A stretch of DNA of 63,874 nt, counting the filler, from Chiloscyllium plagiosum (taxonomy: Eukaryota), in the NCBI RefSeq assembly GCF_004010195.1. It is 3 parts of one record of this genome, joined end to end, with 100 filler letters (N's around TTAATTAATTAA, not from the genome) between each part and the next. Parts side by side here need not be neighbours in the genome. Positions count along the whole stretch, not along the records: positions 23,193 to 52,778 come from NC_057713.1; positions 52,879 to 63,874 come from NC_057713.1; 1 more part is not named here. One strand, written 5' to 3'. The notes beneath the pieces are model-generated. The model ran no database searches, was not told the origin of the DNA, and saw only the letters and a list, made by a program, of their open reading frames with translations. Of this stretch, positions 47,336-58,800 are shown piece by piece. The translations under genes and the position numbers were made by a program. Positions within the stretch are counted from its first letter, which is position 1. Each line of letters opens with the position of its first letter.

Positions 47336-48752
47336 AGCTTATGTCCAGGGAGAGGTATGAGATAAATCCAAAATTTTCCTTCTTTCTATTTGGATAGTAA
47401 CGTTGAAAGTTATCCTTAATGTATTTTGATTTTCTATCTCACTCAGGATTAATGATAAAGCTGGTGATTTATTGCAGCAACCATGGAAAATTAAATGAAA
47501 ATCTTTGCCCACACTTAAATTTGATTCCTCCAATGTCAATCACTGTCTGTCAGCATTCTCTGTGATAAAAACAACATTTAGTCACTTCTTTTACTTCAAA
47601 TCAACAGCTCTCACCTCTCCATGTGTCCTTATGAGCTCCTGATATGACTCTTTTAGAGTGTTCTTATGGAGATACTCCTAAGTGTGCAAGGACTGAGGAT
47701 GGTGTTACTTTTCTCCTTCACTGAACTTGATTAGGACAAAAAAAAATTAATATTATTTATATTTGTTGAAAGTACTTCAGAACATAGTAAGTGGAAACTA
47801 AAGGAGATCATATGGTCCCTTCAGCCTGTTCCACTTCTCAATGTAATTTTCACCGATCTTCTGCCTCAGACACCCCTTTCCAATGCACTTTCCAAATGCT
47901 TTGATTCCTTGAGAAGTAAAACAAATCTGCCTGTCTCAACATTGAATGTATATGATGAGAAAACATCAACAACTCTGACCGGGAAGTTCACAAAGTGCAT
48001 TAAACCTAAAATGAATGGATAAAAGCTGCTGACTTTATTTTTCACCCCACAACAAGTAATGTTTTTCTTTATTATCAATAAAGGATTCAAGATGCATCTT
48101 CTGCTTCAAGCCTGGCTTTTGGAAATTGCTCTATTCTGCATTGAACTGGTGTTTCCAACAAGGAGGTAGATGTAACTCTTGTGGCTAAAGGGATCATGGG
48201 ACATGGGGGATGGTGGAGCAGGCTCGAGAGACTGAATGGCCTACTCCTGCTCCTATCTTCTAGGTTTCTTTGTTTACTTTCTATATGAACCAGATAAGAC
48301 AATTAGTGCTAATTAGCAGTGAATGTGGCCAATAGTAGACATACTTTGTGAATGAATTTAGAACATGGAACAGTACAGCACAGTACAGATGCTTCAGCCC
48401 ATACTGTGCTATACTGTTCTATGTTCTATGCTGAAAGCTTCAATGATACTAAGTGTTTATAGTTGACAAAGGGCATGGATAAAGAACTTTGCTCTTGCAG
48501 CACTGAGTTGTTCCGTCAATATTTCAGAACATTCTAAAAGAGTCATATCAGGAGCTCAAAGCATGAACACTGCTTCTCTCCCTACAGATGCTTCTAGAAC
48601 TGTTGAGTTTCTCCACTATTTTCTGTTTTTGTTTCAGATTTTCAGTATCTGTTTATATTGTTTATTTTGTTTATATTTAGTAAAAGAGTAATTTTATTAA
48701 CACTACTAGTGTGCTAAATAGGATAGAAGCAATTTTGCAGCTCAGAACTTTG

Positions 48753-50040
48753 AGGGAAGAAATGACGTTTTGGTAGTGCTATGAGGTAATGTACTTAATA
48801 CTTTGGCTTTAATCACACCAAGACAAACAGTGGAATTTGAATTGAAAAAAATGATCTGGAATTAAAAGAATTGTGCGAAACTATTGCTATAAAAAACATT
48901 TGGTGCACTAAAGCCCTTCATGGATTGAAATCTGCCATCATTATCTGGTCTGGCCTGCATGTGACTTCAGAACAATAGTAATGTAGTTGACTCTTAATTG
49001 CTAGCTGAAATGGCCTAGCAAGACATGTGGGTGTATCTGATGTTAAAATGTGTTAAAAAAAGAAATGAAATTGGATGGACTACCAGGCATTGATGTAGGC
49101 ACTAGAAATATTGACAGAAAACTCAGCCTTGTTGACCCTGCAAAGTCCTCATGAATACAATCTGGTGGCGAGTGCTAAAGGTTTCTCACAGACGAGCCAA
49201 GAAACAGCTTTACGCATAAATAATGTGAATAGCAAGGGTCTTTTCCAGAGGGTGAGGGAGTTCAAAACTAGATGGCATATTTTTAAGGTGAGATGAGAAA
49301 GATTCAAAAAGGAAGCAAGGCCAACGTTTTACATAGGGAATGGTTCACATGTGGAATAAACTGCCCGAGGAAATGGTGGATGCTGGTACAGTTACAACAT
49401 TTAAAGGATATTTGAATAAATACATGAAGAGGAGGGATTTGGGAGGATATAGGCCAAATGCAGGTAAGTGGGATGAGTTTGGTTTGGGAACATGGTCATC
49501 GTGGACTAGTTGAACCGAAGTGTCTGGTTCTGTACTGCATGCTTCTATGACCTAAACACATCTATGAAATCATACTTAACACACAATTTCCCTGGCATCA
49601 CCATCAATGGGTATTTCCTGTCACACTGGCAGGTCAGACTCAGCACGGGTAGTGGCATTTTATTATACAATGGAATACTCCCTACTTACTCTGGATGAGT
49701 GCAGCTCCAATGTCACAGAAGAAGCTTGACATTGTCCAAGACAAAGCTGCCCACTTGATTGTCTTCACATTCACAAGCATTCAGTCCCTCCATGACTAAT
49801 GCTCAGTAGCAAGCATGTTTACCAACTATATGGTCCAGTGCAGAAATTCATCAAGGTTCATTGGATAGTGCCTTCTTAAATACAAGGCCAGCACCATTTA
49901 GAAGAGCACACTTCCTCAACGGCACAGTTGGTACTACACAAAATTGACTGCAGTGGATTGAGAAAGCAACTCACCAGCAACTTCTGAAGGGCAAATATGG
50001 TGGCAATAAATGATGGCTGTCCCGTGAATGAATGTAAAAA
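48753..50040 (+). mobile_element. Internally deleted LINE with SINE-like head, interrupted by a CR1 3' fragment (about 49215-49550)
   Basis: Head and body homologous to SINE 9451-9730; endonuclease-like KSYLTHNFPGITINGYFLSHWQVRLSTGSGILLY; RT C-terminus WMSAAPMSQKKLDIVQDKAAHLI; tail gcaataaatgatggc...cccgtgaatgaatgtaaaaa. Confidence 0.7.
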
Positions 50041-50359
50041 GAAATCCATGAGGCATTATAGGCCATCAGCCATAGCAGGAGAATGATAGTATACTCTTGA
50101 TCCAGCATATCCCTGATGCTGCTGTTATCATTAAGTTGGGAGATCAATATGAAGAAGTACTAAAAATCTCATCAGGTCCAGCACCAGGAAAAACAACAGC
50201 TGAGATCATCACTTGGTGTATTTTCCAAGGAAGACCTATTGATTGTCGGTGAGTGAAAGTGGCATTGATAGGGCAAAGTGATCTCAAATCTAACAGATTA
50301 GATGACTGCTATTCACTTATGTCTCACCTTATCATGAATAATTTATAATTAAGCAATGA

Positions 50360-50615
50360 AATGGAGGACAAGACTCCACAACCATTCACATCGTTGATGA
50401 TGATGAGCCTAGCTTATCAATGTAGAAAGTGATACTGAAGCATTTGTGCCGATGTTTCACTGGAACTGCCAATTCAAAGGCCTCACTTAACCTCCCTGTG
50501 AGATTCCAACCATCATAGATGACAGCTTTCATTCCACATGATATCAAAGAATGGTTCAGATACTGCATTCAGGAAAGACTTTGGGCCCTGACAACATCCT
50601 GTCTGTAGTACTAAT
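50360..50615 (+). mobile_element. LINE ORF2 linker fragment (same broad family as 48753-50040)
   Basis: FIPHDIKEWFR...KTLGPDNILSVVL resembles the KxxGPD pre-RT motif. Confidence 0.55.
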
Positions 50616-50846
50616 CCTTTACATTGCAGGTATGGCAATTGCAAATATCAGCCCATCAGGTCATCAATTCTCCATGCTGAATCCATCCTAACGAGGTCAA
50701 TATGTTCAATCACAGAACCCTGAACCCTTACTTATTATCTGCTACCTAGTTTTTTGATTTTCTTTCCACTATCAATTTTTTGGCACTTCAGTTATGAAGT
50801 GATCAAAATTATATAACTCAAGATTTGTTATATCATTCATACAGTA

Positions 50847-52778
50847 ATAGAGTCACAGAGTCATAGAGATGTACAGCATGGAAACAGACCCTTCGGTCCA
50901 TCCCGTCCATGCTGATGAGATATCCCAACCCAATCTAGTCCCATCTGCTAGCACCCCGGCCCATATCTCTCCAACACCTTCCTATTCATATACCCATCCA
51001 AAAGCCTCTTCAATGTTGCAATTGTACCAGCCTCCACCACATCCTCTGGCAGCTCATTCCATACACGTACCACCTCTGCGTGAAAATGTTGGCCCTTAGG
51101 TCTCTTTTATATCTTTCCCCTCTCACTCTAAATCTAGCCCTCTAGTTCTGGACTCCCCGACCCCAGGGAAAAGACTTTGCCTATTTATCCTATCCATGCC
51201 TCTCATAATTTTGTAAACCTCTATAAGGTCACCCCTCAGCCTCCGACACTCCAGGGAAAACAGCCCCAGCCTGTTCAGCCTCTCCCTATAGCTCAAATCT
51301 TCCAACCCTGTAAATCCTTTCTGAATCCTTTCAAGTTTCACCACATCTTTCCGATAGGAAGGAGACCAGAATTGCACACAATATTCCAACAGTGGCCTAA
51401 CCAATGTCCTATACAGCCGCAACATGACCTCCCAACTCCTGTACTCAATACTCTGACCAATAAAGGAAAGCATACCAAATGCCTTCTTCACTATCCTATC
51501 CACCTGTGGCTCCACTTTCAAGGAGTTATGAACCTGCTCTCTAAGGTGTCTTTGTTCAGCAACATTCCCTAGGACCTTACCATTAAGTGTATAATTCATG
51601 CTAAGATTTGCTTTCCCAAAATGCAGCACCTCGCATTTATCTGAATTAAACTCCATCTGCTACTTCTCAACCCATTGGCCCATCTGGTCCAGATCCTGTT
51701 GTAATCTGAGGTAACCCTCTTCGCTGTCCAATACACCTCCAATTTTGGTGTCATCTGCAAACTTACTAACTGTACCTCTTATGCTCGCATCCAAATCATT
51801 TATATAAATGACAAAAAGTAGAGGGCCCAGCCCCGATACTTGTAGCACTCCACTGGTCACAGGCCTCCAGTCTGAAAAACAACCCTCCACCACCACCATC
51901 TGTCTTCTACCTTTGAGCCAGTGCTGTATCCAAATGGCTAGTTCTTCCTGTATTCAAGATCTAACCTTGCTAATCAGTCTCCCGTGGGGAACCTTGTCAA
52001 ACGCCTTTCTGAAGTCCATATTGATCACATCTACTTATCTGCCCTCATCAATCTTTTTTGTTACTTCATCAAAAAACTCAATCAAGTTTGTGAGACATGA
52101 TTTCCCACGCACAAAGCCATGTTGACTATTCCGAATCAGTCCTTGCCTTTCCAAATACATGTACATCCTGTCCCTCAGGATTCCCTCCAACAACTTGCCC
52201 ACCACTGACGTCAGGCTCACTGGTCTATAGTTCTCTGGCTTGTCCTTACCACCCTTCTTAAACAATGGCACTACATTTGCCAACCTCCAGTCTTCCGGCA
52301 CTTCACCTGTGACTATCGATAATATAAATATCTCACCAAGAGGCCCAGCAAACACCTTCTCTAGCTTCCCACAGAGTTTTCGGGTACACCTGATCAGGTC
52401 CTGGGGGTTTATCCACCTTTAGCCATTTCAAGACACCTAGCACTTCCTCCTCTATAATCTGGACATTTTGCAAGATATCACCATCTATTTCCCTACAGTT
52501 TTTATCTTCTATATCCTTTTCCACAGTAAATACTGATGCAAAATATTAATTTAGTATCTCCCCCATTTTCTGTGGCTCCACACAAAGGCCGCCCTTGCTG
52601 ATCTTTGAGGGGCCCTATTCTCTCCCTAGTTACCCTTTTGTCCTTAATATATTTGTAAAACCCCTTTGGATTCTCCTTAATTCTATTTGCCAAAGCTATC
52701 TCATGTCCCCGTTTTGCCCTCCTGATTTTTGTCTTAAGTATACTCCTACTTTCTTTATACTCTTCTAAGAATTCACTC
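50847..52778 (-). mobile_element. CR1/HER1-type LINE, 1.9 kb of ORF2 plus complete 3' UTR; frameshifted; cut by gap
   Basis: IKENPKGFYKYIK, PGPDQVYPKTLWEARE, NYRPVSLTSVVGKLLE, QHGFVRGKSCLTNLIEFF, SKFADDTKIGG and LEYCVQFWSP motifs; tail (ctctatga)n-like. Confidence 0.96.
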
Positions 52779-52878
52779 NNNNNNNNNNNNNNNNNNNNNN
52801 NNNNNNNNNNNNNNNNNNNNNNTTAATTAATTAANNNNNNNNNNNNNNNNNNNNNNNNNNNNNNNNNNNNNNNNNNNN
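52779..52878. other. Assembly gap: 44 N + TTAATTAATTAA + 44 N
   Basis: Same 100-nt artificial spacer as 23093-23192. Confidence 0.95.
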
Positions 52879-55800
52879 CATCAGTACAGAGCTCTCTCAT
52901 TTCTGATCCTCCATCAGTGCAGAGCTCCCTCAGAAGCGACACCCCATCAGTACAGAGCTCTCTCAGTAGTTACCCATCATCAGTACAGAGCTCTCTCATT
53001 TCTGATCCTCCATCAGTGCAGAGCTCCCTCAGAAGCGACACCCCATCAGTACAGAGCTCTCTCAGTAGTTACCCATCATCAGTACAGAGCTCTCTCATTT
53101 CTGATCCTCCATCAGTGCAGAGCTCCCTCAGAAGCGACACCCCATCAGTACAGAGCTCTCTCAGTAGTTACCCATCATCAGTACAGAGCTCTCTCATTTC
53201 TGATCCTCCATCAGTGCAGAGCTCCCTCAGAAGCGACACCCCATCAGTACAGAGCTCTCTCAGTAGTTACCCATCATCAGTACAGAGCTCTCTCATTTCT
53301 GATCCTCCATCAGTGCAGAGCTCCCTCAGAAGCGACACCCCATCAGTACAGAGCTCTCTCAGTAGTTACCCATCATCAGTACAGAGCTCTCTCATTTCTG
53401 ATCCTCCATCAGTGCAGAGCTCCCTCAGAAGCGACACCCCATCAGTACAGAGCTCTCTCAGTAGTTACCCATCATCAGTACAGAGCTCTCTCATTTCTGA
53501 CCCTCCATCAGTGCAGAGCTCCCTCAGAACTGACCCTCCATCAGTGCAGAGCTCCCTCAGATGCGACACTCCATCAGTACAGAGCTCCCTCAGTACTGAC
53601 ACACCTTCAGTGCTGAGCTCCCTAAATACTGACCCTCCATCAGTGCAGAGCTCCCTCAGTCCTGACCGTCCATCAGTGCAGAGCTCCCTCAGTACTGACC
53701 CTCCATCCGTGCGGAGCTCCCTCAGTACTCACCCTCCATCAGTACAGAGCTCCCTCAGTACTGACCCTCCATCCGTGCGGAGCTCCCTCAGTACTCACCC
53801 TCCATCAGTACAGAGCTCCCTCAGTACTGACACACCTTCAGTGCTGAGCTCCCTCAGTCCTGACCGTCCATCAGTGCAGAGCTCCCTCAGAACTGACCCT
53901 CCATCAGTGCAGAGCTCCCTCAGTAGTGACCCTCCATCAGTGCAGAGCTCCCTCAGTACTGACCCTCCATCCGTGCGGAGCTCCCTCAGTACTCACCCTC
54001 CATCAGTACAGAGCTCCCTCACCAATGACCCTCCATCAGTACAGAGCTCCCTCAGTACTGACCCTCCATCAGTACAGAGCTCTCTCATTTCTGACCCTCC
54101 ATCAGTGCAGAGCTCCCTCAGAAGCGACACCCCATCAGTACAGAGCTCTCTCAGTAGTTACCCATCATCAGTACAGAGCTCTCTCATTTCTGATCCTCCA
54201 TCAGTGCAGAGCTCCCTCAGAAGCGACACCCCATCAGTACAGAGCTCTCTCAGTAGTTACCCATCATCAGTGCAGAGCTCTCTCAGAACTGACCCTCCAT
54301 CCATACAGAGCTCTCTCAGTACTGACCCTCCATCAGTGCAGAGCTCCCTCAGATGCGACACTCCATCAGTACAGAGCTCCCTCAGTACTGACACACCTTC
54401 AGTGCTGAGCTCCCTAAATACTGACCCTCCATCAGTGCAGAGCTCCCTCAGTAGTGACCCTCCATCAGTGCAGAGCTCCCTCAGTCGCGACACTCCATCA
54501 ATGCAGAGCTCCCTCAGTACTGACCCTCCATCAGTACAGAGCTCCCTCAGTACTGACCCTCCATCATTGCAGAGCTCCATCAGTACTGACCCTGCATCAG
54601 TGCAGAGCTCCCTCAGTAGCGACCCTCCATCAGTGCAGAGCCCCCTCAGTACTGACCCTGCATCAGTGCAGAGCTCCCTCAGTACTGACCCTCCGTCAGT
54701 GCAGAGCACCCTCAGTACTGACCCTCCATCAGTCCAGAGATCCCTCAGTAGCGACTCCATCAGTGCAGAGCTCCACCAGTACTGACCCTCCATCAGTGCA
54801 GAGCTCCCTCAGTACTGAGACTCCATCAGTACAGAGCTCCCTCAGTACTGACCACCATCAGTACAGAGCTCCCTCAGTACTGACCCTCCAACAGTGCAGA
54901 GCTCACTCAGTACTGAGACTCCATCAGTACAGATCTCCCTCAGTACTGACCCCCATCAGTACAGAGCTCCCTCAGTACTGACCCTCCATCAGTGCAGAGC
55001 TCTCTCAGTACTGACCCTCCATCAGTGCAGAGCTCCGTCTGTAGCGACACCCCATCAGTACAGAGCTCCCTCAGTACTGACCCTCCATCAGTGCAGAGCT
55101 CTCTCAGTACAGACCCTCCATCAATACAGAGCACCCTCAGTACTGACCCTCCATCAGTACAGAGCTCCCTCATTAGCGACACTCCTTCAGTGCAGAGCTC
55201 CCTAAATACTGACCCTCCATAAGTGCAGACATCCCTCAGTACTTACCCTCCACCAATGCAGAGCTCCCTCAGTACTGACCCTCCATCAGTGCAGAGCTCC
55301 CTCAGTACTGACCCTCCATCAGTACAGAGCTCCCTCAGCACTGACCGTCCATCAGTACTGAGCTCCTTCAGTACTGACCCCCAATTAGTACAAAGCTCCC
55401 TCAGTACTGGCCCTCCAATAGTGCAGAGCTCCCTCAGCACTGACCCTCCATCAGTGCAGAGCTCCCTCAGTACTGACCCTCCATCAGTGCAGAGCTCCCT
55501 CAGTACTGACCCTCCATCAGTGCAGAGCACCCTCAGTACTGACTCTCAATCAGTGCAGAGCACCCTCAGTACTGACCCTCCATCAGTGCAGAGCACCCTC
55601 AGTACTGACTCTCAATCAGTGCAGAGCACGCTCAGTACTGACCCTCCATCAGTGCAGAGCTCCCTTTGTACTGACCCTCCATCAGTACAGAGTTCCCTCA
55701 GTACTGACCCTCCATCAGTGCAGAGCTCCCTCAGTAATGACCCTCCATCAGAACAGAGCTCCCTCAGTACTGACCCTCCATCAGTACAGAGCTCCCTCAG

Positions 55801-58800
55801 TACTGACCCTCCATCAGAGCAGAGCTCCCTCAGTACTGACCCTCCATCAGTACAGAGCTCCCTCAGTACTGACCCTCCATCAGTACAGAGCTCCCTCAGT
55901 ACTGACCCTCCATCAGTGCAGTGATCCCTCAGTGGCGACACTCCATCAGTACAGAGCTCCCTCAGTACTGACCCTGAATCAGTGCAGAGCTCCCTCAGTA
56001 CTGACTCTGAATCAGTGCAGAGCTCCCACAGTACTGACCCTCCATCAGTGCAGAGCTCCCTCAGTACTGCCCCTCCATCAGCGCAGAGCTCCCTATGTAC
56101 TGACCCTCCAACAGTGCAGAGCTCCCTCAGTACTGACCCTCCATCAGTGCAAATCTCCCTCAGTACTGACCGTCCATCAGTGCAGAGCTCGCTCAGTACT
56201 GACACTCCATCAGTGCAGAGCTCCCTCAGTACTGCCCCTCCATCAGTACAGATCTCCCTCAGTATTGACCTTCCATCAGTGCAGAGCTCCCTCAGTACTG
56301 ACCCTCCATCAGTGCAGAGCTCCCTCAGTACTGACCCTCCATTATTGCAGAGCTCCCTCAGTACCGACCCTCCATTAGTGCAGAGCTCCCTCAGTACTGA
56401 CCCCCAATTAGTACAAAGCTCCCTCAGTACTGACCCTCCAATAGTGCAGAGCTCCCTCAGCACTGACCGTCCATCAGTGCAGAGCTCCCTCAGTACTGAC
56501 CCTCCATTAGTGCAGAGCTCCCTCAGTCCTGACCCTGCATCAGTGCAGAGCTCCCTCAGTACTGACCCTCCATCAGTACAGAGCTCCCTCAGTACTGACC
56601 CTCCATCAGAACAGAGCTCCCTCATTACTGACCCTCCATCAGAACAGAGCTCCCTCAATACTGACCCTCCATCAGTACAGAGCTCCCTCAGTACTGACCC
56701 TCCATCAGAGCAGACCTCCCTCAGTACTGACCCTCCATCAGTGCAGAGCTCCCTCAGTACTGACCCTCCATCAGTACAGAGCTCCCTCAGTACTGACCCT
56801 CCGTCAGTACAGAGCTCCCTCAGTACTGGCCCTCCATCAGTGCAGTGCTCCCTCAGTACTGAACCTCCATCAGTGCAGAGCTCCCTCCGTAGAGACACTC
56901 CATCAGTACAGAGCTCCCTCAGTATTGACCCTCCATCAGTGCAGAGCTCCCTCAGTACTGAACCTCCAACAGTGCAGAGCTCCCTCAGGAGTGACCCTCC
57001 ATCAGGACACAACTCCCTTTGTACTGACCCTCCATCAGTACATAGCTCCCATAGTACTGACCCTCCATCAGTACAGAGCTCCCTCAGGACTGACCCCCCA
57101 TCAGTACAGAGCTCCCTCAGTAATGACTCTCCATCAGGACAGAGCTCCCTCAGGACTGACCCTCCATCAGTGCAGAGCTCCCTCAGTAGCGAGACTCCAT
57201 CAGACCAGAGCTCCCTCAGCACTGACCCTCCATCAGCACAGCGCTCCCTCAGTACTGACCCTCCATCAGTACAGAGCTCCCTCAATACTGACCCTCCATC
57301 AGTGCAGAGCTCCCCATGTACTGACCCTCCATCAGTGCAGAGCTTCCCCAGTAGAGACCCTCCATCAGTAAAGAGCTCCCTCAGTACTGACCCTCCATCA
57401 GTGCAGAGCTCCCTCAGTAGCGACACTCCATCAGTGCAGAGCTCCCTCAGTACTGACCCTCCATCAGTACAGACCTCCCTCAGTACTGGCCCTCCATCAG
57501 TGCAGAGCTCCCTCAGTAGCGACACTCATTCAGTGCAGAGCTCCCTCAGGACTGACACTCCATCAGTGCAGAGCACCCTCAGGACTGACATTCCATCAGT
57601 GCAGAGCTCCCTCAGTACTGACCCTCCATCAGTACAGAGCTCCCTCAGTTCTGACCCTCCATCAGTGCAGTGCTCCCTCAGTCGCGACACTCATTCAGTA
57701 CAGAGCTCCCTCAGTTCTGACCCTCCATCAGTACAGAGCTTTCTCAGTATTGACCCTCCATCAGTGCAGAGCTCCCTCAATACTGACCCTCCATCAGTAC
57801 AGAGCTCCCACAGTATTGACCCTCCATCAGTGCAGCGCTCCCTCAGTATTGACCCTCCATCAGTGCAGAGCTCCCTCAGTACTGAGCCGCCATCAGAGTA
57901 GAGCTCCCTCAGAACTGACTCTCCATCAGTGCAGACTTCCCTCAGTACAGACCCTCCATCAGTGCAGAGCTCCATCTGTACTGACACTCCATCAGTCCAG
58001 TGCTCCCTCAGTACTGACCCTCCATCAGTGCAGAGCTCCCTCAGTACTGACCCTCTATCAGTGCAGAGCTCCCTCAGTACCGACACTCCATCAGTACAGA
58101 GCTCCCTCAGTATTGACTCTCCATCAGTACTGAGCTCCCTCAGTACTGACCAACCATCAGTACAGAGCTCCCTCTGTACTGACCCCCCATCAGTGCAGAG
58201 CTCCTTCAGTACAGACCCTCCATCACTGCAGAGCTCCCTCAGTACTGACCCTCCATCAGTGCAGAGCTCCCTCAGGACTGACACTCCATCAGTACAGAGT
58301 TCCTTCAGTACTGACCCTCCATCACTGCAGAGCTCCCTCAGTACTGACCCTCCATCAATACAGAGCTCCCTCAGTACTGGCCCTCCATCAGTGCACAGCT
58401 CCCTTTGTACTGACCCTCCATCAGTGCAGAGCTCCCTCAGTAGCGACACTCCATCAGTGCAGAGCTCCCTCAGTACTGACCCTCCATCAGTACAGAGCTC
58501 CCTCAGTAATGACCCTTTATCAGTGCTGAGCTCCCTCAGTACTGACACTCCATTAGTACAGAGCCCCTTCAGTACTGACCCTCCATCAGTGCAGAGCTCC
58601 CTCAGTACTGACCCTCCATCAGTACAGAGCTCCGTCAGTACTGACCCTCCATCAATACAGAGCTCCCTCAGTACTGACCCTCCATCAGTACAGAGCTCCC
58701 TCAGTACTGACCCACCATCAGTGTAGAGCTTCCTCAGTACTGACCCTCCATCAGTGCTGAGCTCCCTCCGTAGTGACCCTCCATCTGTGCAGTGCTCCCT

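Noticed and set aside
51123..52693. Functional reverse transcriptase gene
   Set aside because: CR1 ORF2 is split over five ORFs by frameshifts and small deletions; a dead copy.
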